Position numbers and translations under genes: made by a program. The notes beneath the pieces are model-generated. The model was not told where the DNA came from and did not search any database. It saw nothing but the letters and a program-made list of their open reading frames with translations. From Perna viridis (taxonomy: Eukaryota), in the NCBI GenBank assembly GCA_037379345.1, contig CM074519.1, positions 35,552,103 to 35,616,102 of the forward strand: DNA of 64,000 nt, read 5' to 3'. The first letter of the stretch is position 1. Each line of letters starts with the position of its first letter. Shown one piece after another: positions 25,901-38,400 of the stretch.

Positions 25901-28900
25901 GTCAAAACAGCGCAGAAAATATAAACAATAAATAAATTAAATAAAAAACAATTACAATACAAGTAAAATGGAGGAGACAGCAACTTCAAGAAGTCTTAAA
26001 CTTTTTTTGGGGAAGACGCGCCAAGTTCAAAATGAAAACCATCAGATATATAAATAAAATGTACGGAATATAAATGTGTTGCTATTATGAATATCCATTA
26101 TCAGTATTATGTTTGTCAGACATAGAATGTTTCTCAGTAAGGTCTGGAAATCCGAAATAAAACTGTTTGGGGGAATGTATGAGTCGTATGTTTACAATTT
26201 TGGTCCAACAGCCTGTCATGAACAGTGATGAAAACTGCTTAAACCATAAAGACACAGAATCAATGTAATTTTCAGTAATATTAAAATTTTGAAATGGCAC
26301 CCTTTTCTATCATTTGAGAGTGTAAGTACACCTAAAACGAATATTTTAAACTTACGATGTCAATAGTAACATTTTTTTTCAATAATGTTTTTTTTCTACA
26401 GCTTGTAAATTCCTACCTGATGAGTACAATCCATATGGATATCTGACTTTAGAGCACAATGGACTCCGGATCCGAGCTTGTCCAAGTGGCACCGTATTTA
26501 GTGCCCAACAGTGTGGGTGTCGACCGATCAGAATGAAATTTAGTACGTCACGTCGACAAATGAAACGTAAGTATACTTAGAAATATTAGATACACATGTC
26601 GTTGAAATATTACAATTCATTACGATACATATGCTTACAATATTTAAATATAACTATCAGTATATTGGACCGTACGACCCTTGAAATGCTGGTACTTAGG
26701 TAAGCTTGCTGGTACTTAGTTAAGCTTGTATGCATTATAAAAGTAGTTAAACATGACTTTGTTAAACTAATATCGGATATTACATTTCTAATACTTTAAT
26801 ATTTATGAGTGTGTTAATTGAATTTGACGATACATTTGTGCATTAACGATACATCTGAAATGTATGTAATATAGTATTTTAAGGGCTGTTATTAGTTTTT
26901 TTTTGGATTTGTTTTTATCTTGGGTGATTGATTAAAAAAATAAGGAAAAAGTTATGATTGTGTATATATAATGGAAATGTTATAAATGTTATAGTGATGT
27001 ATCAAAATATCCAAACTGCAAAACGCCTAATCAATTAATTAAAAGAACAATTCACAACAACGTTATGAATGAGTAAACCTATATTCTTTTTTTCAGGATG
27101 CTCCCCAGAATTTTCTATAGATTTCAATACAGGCTTTAAAGAGCTGTCGGGATCGAATATGGCATTTGATGTTAGTAAGGTGGTAATTCACGAAGGAGCA
27201 GCTCATTTCGATGGCAACGGCAAAATAACATTATGGGGCTATATGAATCGGGATCTTGGAAAGAAGTTTGTGATTAGATTACGTTTCAAGTCTGATTTAA
27301 TGCCTTCTGAAAATGGTAGCCTTATATCAAACTGTGGTTTGACAGGGGAACCCACTGTTTCGATTGATATAGAAAACGGGAAACTGGTATCGTCAGTAAA
27401 GAGTAAAAGTTTCAGTCAAGTTACAAAAATAAGTGACGACATTGTTGTAAGTAGATAATATTGTTTTTCTAATTAAGTTGCTCTGTTTTGCCACGTGATT
27501 GACCCTTAGAATATGTATGTCAATCAAATGGTTATCAAATATTGTACTAAGAAAAATGTTAATAGATTAGTCTCATGAAAACAAAATACCTTACACGAGA
27601 CATAATATGTTAATCTGTATAAGCTCTAAGTGTATCATTTAAACAAATAGCATTGCATCAGTAATATAATGATATCGAGTGCACTTAGGGTTTGGTAAGT
27701 TACCCTTTGAATGTTATTGTTATGACATGGAAAATACAAAAACTACAAATAAAACGAATAAAATCATTTCATGACGTCGTTATATTATCTGAAAAAATTA
27801 ATATGACTTTAAACTTCTTTAATGTGTTCTCATAACACGAATACAACACAATTGTTATGTCATTGAAATAAACACTCTTGAATAGACACAATATATTAAT
27901 TAAACTCCGTAGCAAGTATAATATTCAACAGTTAGTTGCATATATATCAGCAAAAACAAACCAGAGCGTCAGCAGTATGTTTATGAAATTAACCAATTAT
28001 TTTTTCAGCCGGATAAATGGAATGAAGTAACCTATATCTATGATGGTTCAGCATTTATTGTCAAGACAAATCGAGGTTACAATAGGACACCAATTACAGG
28101 TATATATATTACAATTTTTATTTTAGTTTTATATACAATTTAATTTTCACAAAGGTTTCTCGTGTGTTTTTCTTTCACAATTTTACTATTTACCAGTATT
28201 TTATTTGTCATGCGTTGAATCTTTTGAAACTCGATGCATGTTTTGGTATAAACAATGTGTAACAATTTATTGTATGGAAGTAAATTGCTTTGTCAGTATT
28301 ATTTAATAAATATAATTGAACATTAAATATAAATATTGCTTTCTGTTGTTTCTAATTTTTGTTATCATAAGATTTTCTGTAATTTTCTTGCGTGGTTCAA
28401 TACTGTTGAAAAATGTTGAAGAAACATAATTTAATTTAAGGTTTTGACATGCATAAATGCTATTCTTTATTGTGATTAAAAATTTAGGAGAAATGTCCAT
28501 CAGACAAACACCGCACAAGCAGTCATTTACAAATACGATAAGAGGACGTCGTTTAGCATTCAACATATAGTACAGTAGGACTCCCAATGAATGCCCTGCA
28601 ATAATAAAAAAAACTAGATGTATTTGTTGTCCAATACAAACAAAGGTCAACACAAAAAACTAGCAAGAGGTTAGCAGAAAAGGGAAAATGCATTCATGGA
28701 GCAAGTTCCTGACTTTGGAAATTCAGAAGTGTATGAAAATAGAAATAGAGTACATGTTTTATGATATCTCTGCTTGTGAAGTCCAGTTATAAACCATATA
28801 CAGCCAGTGTTTATAAGAGATTCAAACACCAAAACTAGATAACAAAAATACCAATATCTATAGTATTTGTTCATGCTTGCACCGGGCGCTTATTTTTTGT

Positions 28901-30136
28901 AGGTTTGTTAGAGTCTAGATCGAATGCTTTAGTGATTGGGGGCTGCCCGAAACCGGGTAGGGACTTTAAAGGTCTTATAGATAAGGTATGTTTATATCAG
29001 CAGTTTCACAAAAAATAGGAAATATTATTTTGATTTTTTATTATATAACTTACAACTAATTTTGTACTTCCGAATTTAATTGATTAGAAAATCATAAAAA
29101 ACATATAATCGTTGACGGTAATATGGTTACACAGCATGCTTAATACACTTTTAAGGGAAAGACCACCTTTGCATTAAGACAGGCTCTTAGGATAAATCAT
29201 ATCCACGTAAACAACAATAAATAACCTTTAATGCAAAGTAGGCTTTTATAAAATGCTCAAGGCTAAGCAAGTTTGCAATCTTTCAAATATATGTGGATAG
29301 CCAGCTTGCAGAACTCTCCTATCTGAAGGAAGTTTATAAGCAGACTTTATTGATTTTTACCGATAGCTGCCGATCGGCTCGTGACGTCAATAAGTCGGTT
29401 TGGTATTGACACAAGTACTGCAAATAATATGTAAACAAAAAATATTCCGTAAATATCTCTTCGATCATGTTTTTTTATCACCAAAACATGTTGTCTTGTC
29501 AAGTTTACACGATTGCACGATTGATAAAAGAGAAATATTCTAAAAGTTTTTTGACCGGCAACACGAACATTCTTCGGAAATAGCCATTAGATTTTCCTCA
29601 GACATACTAGTCTTCTGGCTGAAAACCCCGTTGTTCGTCAGTGTTGTCCGGCATTTGCTTACAAGTTGTGCCTCAATCTTTTCTTCTGTTTATTTTGGGT
29701 TGAAATTATAGAAGAAAAGTAACAAATTTGCGATTTCGTCAGACATCGTAATCACTTGCCTATTTACTTTCACTTTACAAACAAACTTCGTGACGTCATA
29801 TCTCAACCTATCATGGTGACGCCCATGGTCGCGGGAAATTCAAATTCCCTAATTATAAATCGCTATAAGTTAAGAAAAGAAATTTAATTGTTTCAATTTA
29901 ATTTTCATGAACATTAAACAGATTAGACACGATATTTATGACTTGCACAATAAAATAGTCTTCTCTTTTAAAAATCTTTTTCCGGAGTACAATATATGTT
30001 GAAGACATACTTTATATTAATTTTATTACAGGTGGATATTTTTAGTGGTTGTATTCCATTCGGTGTACACAAAAAACCTAAACGGACGATAGTGAATAAT
30101 CAAGTTACAAAACATCCAACAGCATCCAACTTTTAA
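17844..30136 (+). CDS. Pif/BMSP-family-like secreted protein A (2101 aa): signal peptide + Q/T/Y-rich disordered region + 3 chitin-binding-like domains + LamG/ConA-like domain; no VWA
   Basis: join(17844-22962,23301-23492,25133-25333,26402-26566,27097-27446,28009-28099,28903-28985,30032-30136) = 6306 nt; all GT-AG; open to TAA; exon sizes and phases match paralogues B and C. Confidence 0.88.
23301..23492 (+). CDS. Gene A exon: chitin-binding domain 1
   Basis: SLCIHSSYIDSIGYASYPGRCDKLVQCY..RDCPYGYFWHQDQVLCRSPSQVPCYE; six Cys; 192 nt; absent from the ORF track. Confidence 0.9.
25133..25333 (+). CDS. Gene A exon: chitin-binding domain 2
   Basis: DPCLNID..GGCRSYYSCEYGVSVPMCCEIGSRYDGTMCVQDHTCYEPC; 201 nt. 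Confidence 0.9.
26402..26566 (+). CDS. Gene A exon: degenerate chitin-binding-like domain 3 + basic linker
   Basis: SCKFLPDEYNPYGYLTLEHNGLRIRACPSGTVFSAQQCGCRPIRMKFSTSRRQMK; 165 nt. Confidence 0.88.
27097..27446 (+). CDS. Gene A exon: LamG/ConA-like part 1
   Basis: CSPEFSIDFNTGFKELSGSN..AHFDGNGKITLW..LISNCG; 350 nt. Confidence 0.88.
28009..28099 (+). CDS. Gene A exon: LamG part 2
   Basis: PDKWNEVTYIYDGSAFIVKTN; 91 nt as in paralogues. Confidence 0.85.
28903..28985 (+). CDS. Gene A exon: LamG part 3
   Basis: GLLESRSNALVIGGCPKPGRDFKGLIDK; 83 nt. Confidence 0.85.
30032..30136 (+). CDS. Gene A last coding exon
   Basis: VDIFSGCIPFGVHKKPKRTIVNNQVTKHPTASNF*; candidate AATAAA 30496-30501. Confidence 0.82.
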   Translation: MDIFSGCIPFGVHKKPKRTIVNNQVTKHPTASNF

Positions 30137-31319
30137 GTTCTAAACAGAAGTGTTTGGATAATAGGTGTTACAAAAAAAGTAAGAAAACCAGTTCAAATTC
30201 TCCCTTTAAAATGAAAGGAATGATGCATTCCAAGTAGAAATGGAGATTTATCATCTGATTTGGAGCTCATTGTTTGAGATAACGTTAGATATATGAATTT
30301 AACATCGGTGAAACATTTCATTGTTCATAATTTTGTACATTGAAGTTATATTCCTATATTTCATCCTAGTATAGTCATAGTTATATATTATATATCTGTT
30401 TTTGTATATACCTATGATGGAGCTCTTCTGTAAAAAAAAACAAATTCATGACATTTTGATTATTTGACCTACAGTGTCAATAATTTTTTAATGTCAATAA
30501 AAAATTTGATAAAATCTTAGATCATTACTATCAGTCAATGGCAATAGCTTTTACAATATTGTAAAATTTCAGAAACGTAAAAATTAAACAAAATCTTTGA
30601 TTATTAATATCAGTCAATGACAAAGGAGTTTGAAATTTGAAAAAAATGTAGTACAGTAGGTATTTGATTTATACTGCTATTTCATGTATATAAATATGTT
30701 TTTTTTTCTACTTGTCATTTTCTATTCGTTGTTATTGTTTTTCTTTGTTGTTTGATATTTACGATAAAATTAAAATTTGTAGAAACATTTTTGTTGCGTT
30801 TTTGTCTTCACCATTTATAAAATACACTTTTTATTTACTTTTAAATTAACAACTGGAACAATAGTACTTATTTGGATTTTTATCAAGCATGGAAAATTCA
30901 GGTACCGGGACCAAAGTAAAATAGATGTGGTAAAGCTACTTAACAAGGCTAGACAAACCAGATAATCTGGATTCCTGGTCAATATCATAAACCGGCCTAG
31001 GCTTGCTAAAATATAGACTCATGTCACTAGTGATGGATATGCACATTATTTGAGCAACTTCCCGCCTATTTGATTAAAAAACAAATATGAAATTATTAAA
31101 TTAACTATTCATATGTATAGAAGTAAGTTAAAAGAAATATTTTTAAAAATCTTTTTTATTTTATATATTGGAACGTATTAAGTAAATAAAATCGAACGAC
31201 AGAAGACGTCACTGGTGAAACTGGGTTTTATTTGAAAGAAACTTGTGGAACGAAAAAAATACCCGGGCATCCAGATTAGATAAATCAGAAAGTTCTATTC
31301 TGTTTTAGCTTATTCAAAA

Positions 31320-32490
31320 GCAATCAAGGAGACCAAAGTTTAAGCGGAAATCAATAGATAATTCTTCAAAGAAAAAGACCAGACAGGGACAATAAACTCA
31401 TAAAATAGAACCAGGGTTATAGCGGTAATCGAAAAAATGTAATCCAGGGACAAAGACCAGACATGGAAATCAGACATACACAACAAAGAACACAAAGTAA
31501 CTAAAATCATACATACAAAGTAACAAAAGCAAATGAGCAACTCGGACTCCACGTAAAACTGGGAGCATGGACCAAGTGCACCGGTAAGGTAAGCGTCCTC
31601 TGCTTTTCTAGAAACACCCGCCGAGTTGCTCACAGAAAGGCAAGTCCGGGGTAGACAAACGAGGAAAGGAAAACTATGACAGATGAATAAATCAGTTTTC
31701 ATGGTACAGATAAACGATCCACGAGTTCATGATGATGACATCAACATAACCCTGTTCCAGAAGCCTATTTGTTAGAGTTCTAGCGCGATACAACAAGTCT
31801 CTGTAGTTTCGGCAAGCTCTGGCATAACGTACATACACAGGTGCTGAAGGGATATTGCCACAGATGAAAGGAAAGTTGACAATACTGAATGAAAAGTCAT
31901 TACGTTTGGTCAATAATTTTCCTTTACCATCGATTTCTAAGTGTAGGTCAAGATATGAGGCTGACTTCACAGTGTCTTTAGTATCCTTTATCTCGAGTTC
32001 TTTGGGGTAGATGCGATGTATCAAATTCACGAAATTGGGATTATTTAAAGATAATACGTCATTTATATAGCGGAAACTGAGATTAAAGGATCTAGCTAAA
32101 CGATGTTCTTTCTTATGGATCAGATCAGCTATAAAATCAGCCTCATAAGAGTGAAGGAATAGGTCAACAAATAACGGAGCACAATTTGTTCCCATTTGAA
32201 TGCTGACCGTCTGTTGAAAAACACGTCCACCACACTGGACAAATATGTTGTCGATTAAAAATTCCAGCATTTTGTAAACATCTTCCTCTGTATATTTGGA
32301 AGATGATTTGGAATTATTTCTTACAAAGTATGAGGAATCTCTTCCAAGAACTATATATTTGTATCTAGGTGTACCATCTTTTTGGAAAAACAACGATGCA
32401 AAATGTTTTTAAGTCGGGATTTTAACTGAGTAGGGGAAAAGAAGTATACAGTGTTGAAAAATCATAGGTTTTAATGCTATCATATTCAGA
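31320..32490 (-). mobile_element. Penelope-like element, longest fragment (degenerate RT)
   Basis: YDFSTLYT, FQQTVSIQMGTNCAP, RYINDVL (YxDD decayed), SASYLDL; frameshifts; partial second copy of the 3' tail at ~31320-31390. Confidence 0.85.
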
Positions 32491-33580
32491 TAATAGTCTA
32501 CATGAAATGATCAAAATTATCACGTACAAGCGTAACAACGTTTCAGTTGCTAACTAGAAAATATGTGATACCCTTGCTTCCCCCCGTGGAATCTCAAAAG
32601 ATATTTAGATGGAGACAAAAATAAAACGTTGCATTCAGCGGTTTGAGAGGAGTTGCGGATTAGAACTTGGGATGGACAGAATGATCACCTTATACACCCG
32701 TTTTCAAGACGGATCTAAATGTGGCATTTAACATATCAAAACCTGCAAAGCATTATTAGTATAATGTTCTTCAAAATATTTCTTACAAAAACGAAAGAGA
32801 TGGGAGGGAATAAACAGACAATGGTAGCATTACATTATATACATACATATCAATGTGTCATAAAATAAATGCACTTTCTTTAAAAAGGCAGATAATGGAT
32901 CAATAAATCACTAACAGACTTTCAAATTTCAAAGGGAAACTGATAATATAAACCTGTACCACTGACAGCATTGATATCTCTATATTAAATTGTCAATTAT
33001 CAATTGTATGAATAAGTAATTAAACAGTATGGTACTTTTAATTGGTACAAGGGTCTTTTTGGGAATTCATATTCATATGCTCGTATCGGCATTTCATATT
33101 CAAAATGTGGTTTGAGAGACAAGCTCAAACATTACAGATTTGCATATATACTATTCACTGGTTTTACTTCTGTCGTAGTGCAATGCGTGTTAAACATTGA
33201 AATTCGGTAGGAAGTTGTTAAATGTCGCATATCCAGCTCAAAAAATTACTTTAAAGAAACGAAAAATCTTGTGAGTTTAAAAATCAACATTCTATCAAGC
33301 TCATCTTGGGCCTAAAGTATTCAAGAAAAAATTGTATATTTGTGACCGAATGTTTGTCGGCTGTAATAAAAAAAATGTTTAAGGGATTACGACTTAACTA
33401 TGTAAATAAACATGAACAACAAAGAATATGCCATAACAAAAAAAGACGTGCATAGTTGAAAAGTATATAAGATACCTTTCAGGAGCGTGGACCTGGTCCA
33501 TCATTATGGAAAATGTATTGTTTGATCTAGAAACAGCCGCTGGTTTAATTATAAGATGTCACGTCCGGGTATGCAATGTT

Positions 33581-33581
<1 letters not shown>

Positions 33582-33622
<41 letters not shown>

Positions 33623-33660
33623 TTTGTTTGGTTGTTTTTTGTTTTTGTTTTTGTTTTTTG
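33582..33660. repeat. Poly-T / (GTTTTT)n simple repeat
   Basis: Long T run followed by GTTT units. Confidence 0.9.
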
Positions 33661-35450
33661 CCTTTTTTAATTAGAAAAAGAAAGTGTGAAAATATATGAT
33701 ATAACCACAGTAGTGCAATGTGGTTAAAAGACTGAATATAAAAACAAACTAAACTTTTTTATTGCGGAAGTTTTCATCAAAAGTGTCCGCGTTGTCGCAA
33801 TCAACATTATAAATCTCCTAGAATAAGTAATCTCAAATACAATTGACCCACTTTTGTGAATACTGTTGTCAATTATATGACTTAATTCAACATTACGCAA
33901 TTGCAATAGAACAGCAGTCGCTGCTTTTTTAATATTTATAGGATTATTGCATACTAAGTCGCATAATTGTTGTTCACGATGTAGAGTATCACGAATTGGA
34001 GCTATAAGCTATTGGCAAAAGCCACCAAGACACGATCATTGTTTTATCATTATCATTTTCTTTATATTTATTCATTCATTTTTTTCAGTTTCGACAATGC
34101 TATCATAAAGAGGGTTCTAATCTGATAATCATATGGAATATTTTAACAAAATTCACTGTGTAAGATATTACCATAAACAAGAACACCAGTTTCCTAATTG
34201 ACCAATTATGAGCGTGTATTCTCGTTTTGACAGTCAAGATTGCAGATTTGTTAATTAATGCATCACAACCTAAAGGGGTAAAAATTTTGTATATTTTCAC
34301 AAGACATTAATGGATATTTGTTTTTAATTTTATTTTATTATTAAATCTCTTAACTTAAGTTGAATAATAAAATGAAAGTAATGTAATTATAGTAGTCGCA
34401 TAACACATAGTAAAGTTTGTATTTGCTTATATGCACTTTTTGTCATGCGTCTGAATGACACACTTGTGTGGCTCGTTGTTTTTTTGTTTTGTTTTTTTGT
34501 TTTTTTGTTTTTTTGTTTTTTTGTTTTTTTTTTTTTTAGCTTTCGAATATTTAACCTGTTTTATTTAACTGATGCATTCCTAAATTTATTTCTTTCATGG
34601 CAAATCATATCATGTAACATGTCGCAATGCACCAACAAATTATTCTGTAATTCTTAAATTAACTTGGTGGTTACATTCGTAAATTAATGCAAAACATTGT
34701 CGTGTTTTAATTGTTTTTATTTTCACTGTAATTAAAATGTCATCATGAACGTGTCAGAGCATGTCATAAAGCGCACGCAGAGGCATTAATTGAATCTTGT
34801 ATTGTGTTTTACAATAAGGTCAGAGGTTCGAGCCTAAAATTTGTCAATAAACGCGTGACGGTTTATTGAAGAGTCCTTTCACTCTGGTCGCTACGCAAGG
34901 GAGGGCAAGAACTGGACCCGAGCATCAATAGCCCAGTAAGTAAACATTTAACATATTTTAAAACTTTTTTTCAGAAAGATGTAAATTTAGAAATGTTAAA
35001 TTTTGATTCTTCCGACATCTTTCACAAGAGTTTAGGTTGTATACTCTTTTTTTAACATATAATATACACAACAAATATTTTATAATAATTTTTATTTTTC
35101 ATGTGTGTGACGTCTTGTTTGTGATTTATAAATGCCATTGAAAATAAGGTGTACACATAACGCAATTATCAGTATTTTTGAGAATTCGAATTAAGTCATA
35201 TCTTTAATCATGCCATATGGATATCAGCTATACCACATATATTTGAACATTAACTTAAGTATGCCAAACAACATTAAATCTTAAATCTAAGCTGATAAAT
35301 GTTATAGCTATATATATGGGTAAAATGAAAATATATTGTTTCATAGGAAAAAAACATTTCGAAAAGTAATCGAAGAAAAGAAACTGAAAATATAAAGAAT
35401 TGTTTTTAATTGATTTGTTGTTATATTTACAGACAACAAGAAAACTGGAC

Positions 35451-38400
35451 ATGAGGACAGAATGCAAAGTGATTCTGGTTTCATTCATAATATCTACTGT
35501 ACACGCCCAAGGATGGGACACTGTTATTACAGAAGATGTAAACCAACCAGTTGAATCATTATCAAACCAAACACAAGGTACTAAGCAAACATACTCGGTA
35601 AGATATGAACCAGTCGACCCAAAACGAGATGACACCATAAACGTGAGAGGAGAGCCTAAGCTCTTCAAATTATCAAAGGATTCACCACAAGCAAAACAAA
35701 CGATTGTCTCGTCTGGAGTAGGACAAAATGATGGACAAGACAGTACGGGAACAACTGGATTGACTGTCGATTCTAATATCTCCCCGTATAATACGTACAT
35801 TGAACCTATTGCTGTACAGGTTTCATCTGATGGATCCATAATGTACAATGATATGCTCCATGCCAGTATTAAAGACACGAAAAAACAAAATTCAATTACG
35901 CAAGAGATAACAAGTACTACTGACAATTATCCCAAAAATGAAACCCGTGAAGACATTACGGCATCAACAGTGACACAGGAAAATAACGATGATCAAACAA
36001 AACAGGAAACATTTCCCATAGGAAACAAAGAAAGTACCAGTGTAGTAATTGCGGACACTGTTCCTGCTGAAAATTCACAACTGCCCAAAGAGGCAATGGG
36101 GGCGACAGATATCGTAAACGCAGATATCGTAAAGACTAACTCTGCTGGAAATGGAGTTATCGTCCAAGACCAAGTAGGTGAAATATCAAAAACAGTTACT
36201 GGAAACCTTCAACCGGTTACAAATTCTGTAGGTATGGAATCCGGGGACATGGTAAATACACATGCGAATGAATCTTTCGTCGTTGAAGAAAATATTGATG
36301 CAAGTAAATCTTTAGACAATAATGTAACAAAAGAAACCATTGAAACTGGAACAAGAATAGAAAATGCAGGAATTATTATACCAGATGCACTCTTAGCTGA
36401 TTTACCGTTGGCATATTCGACTACCAAACTTCATAACGATAAGCTAGTTAGTAATGTTGAAAGCACAAAAATCTTTTCCGATATGGCTTTTGCAAATGAG
36501 CAAAGTAAAATATTGCCCGGCAATGTCATTGATGTACATATTGCAGATGAGTCACTGAATGACACATTAACCGATGAACCGATAAACGTACTAGAAACAA
36601 CACCGGCTACAGAACTTCCTGTTTCAAATCAAATGAAAGACCAAACATTTACTGCTGTAGATTCTGTAGGAAACACAACAGATCTAACAATCAAAGACAC
36701 GATTGAAAAACATACAAAAACGGCAACTGACGCAACTACTGTTGATTCGATTGTCCAAGACACTAGTAGCGGTCATGACCAAACTAAGGCTGCAGTTAAA
36801 AAAGCTGCCGGTCAGGACAACAATCAGGGTTCTGTTGAACAAGAACAAATGCAGACTATTTCAGATACAAATGCCATACAGAAGCAACCACAGTCTGGTA
36901 TTGAGACAGTTGAGGCCGTAGAAACACCTGTAGTGAAAGAACAAACGCAGTTGGATTCTGCCGCTTTAAATGATAAGTCGCAAGATATCGTGAATACAGA
37001 ACAAACACGGGCTGTCGTGGACACGATTGCTGTTAATGATCACAGTGAAGCTGTCGTTAATACCGTAGTCAAACAGGTACAAGCAAAACCTACAGTTGGC
37101 TCAATTGAAAGAGAAGAAAAGACACAGGCTGTCGTAGATTCAGTTGTAGGACAAAAACAAACACAAAATGACGTAGATTCAGTTTTAGGTCAGAAACAGA
37201 CACAAGCTGTCGTCGATTCAGTTGTGGGACAAGAAGAGACACAAAATGCCGTTGAATCAGTTGTAGGTCAGCAAGAGACACAAGCTGTCGTCGATTCAGT
37301 TGTGGGACAAGAACAGACACAAAATGCCGTTGAATCAGTTGTAGGTCAGCAAGAGACACAAGGTGTCGTAGATTCAGTGAATAGGCAAGAACAGAAACAA
37401 GCTGTCGTCGATTCAATTAATAGGCAAGAACAGACACACACTGTCGTCGATTCAGTTGTTGGACAAGAACAGACACAAAATGCCGTTGAATCAGTTGTAG
37501 GTCAGGAAGAGACACAAGCTGTCGTAGATTCAGTGAATAGGCAAGAACAGACACAAGCTGTCGTCGATTCAGTTAATAGGCAAGAACAGACACAAGCTGT
37601 CGTCGATTCAGTTGTTGGACAAGAAAATTCACAAGCTGTTGTAGATTCAGGTGTAGTTCAGGAACAGACACAAACTGTCGTCGATTCAGTAGTTGGACAA
37701 AAACAGACACAAGCTGTTGTCAATTCAGTTGATGGACAAGAACATACACAAACTGTTGTAGATTCAGCTGTAGGAAAAGAACAGACACAAACTGTCGTCG
37801 ATTCAGTAGCTGGACAAGAAAAGACACAAAATGCCGTTGATTCAGTTGTAGATCAGGAACATACACAAGCTGTCGTCGATTCAGTTGTTGCAAGAGTACA
37901 TTCACAAGCTGTTGTGGATTCTGGTGTAGGACAAGAACAAACACATACTGTCGTCGATTCAGTTGTTGGACAAGAACAGACACAAGCTATCGTCGATTCA
38001 GTTGTTGATGGTCAAGAACAAACCCAAGCTGTCGTAGATTTAAGTTTAGGGCAAGAACAGAAACAAGCTGTTGTTGGACAGGGACAGACACAAGGTGTCG
38101 TAGATTCCGTTATTGGACAAAACAACGCACAAGTTATCATTGATTCAGTTGCTGGACAGAAACAGACAAAAGACGTTGTCGATCCAGGTGCTGAACAAGA
38201 TCAGACACAAGCTGTCGTGGATATAGTTACTGAAAAAGAACAACTAAACTCCTCCACAGTAATTGAAAAAGATCAAGGACAGCAAAACTCAGGGAAAACC
38301 ATTAATGATGAAGTTAATACACCTGGTGCTGTTGGCATCGTTATTCCAAATTTTCTTTTTACAGACACAATTATCTCCAGTCAGCAGGACACATCTGTGA

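Noticed and set aside
29150-29972. Possible TTAA-flanked DNA transposon in a gene A intron (similar case at ~47737-48247)
   Set aside because: Terminal inverted similarity is too degenerate to set boundaries by eye.
37090-37983. Antisense repeat ORFs (QLNRRQLVSV) and CRISPR-like periodicity
   Set aside because: Reverse reading of the 39-nt coding repeat; no unique spacers; eukaryotic context.
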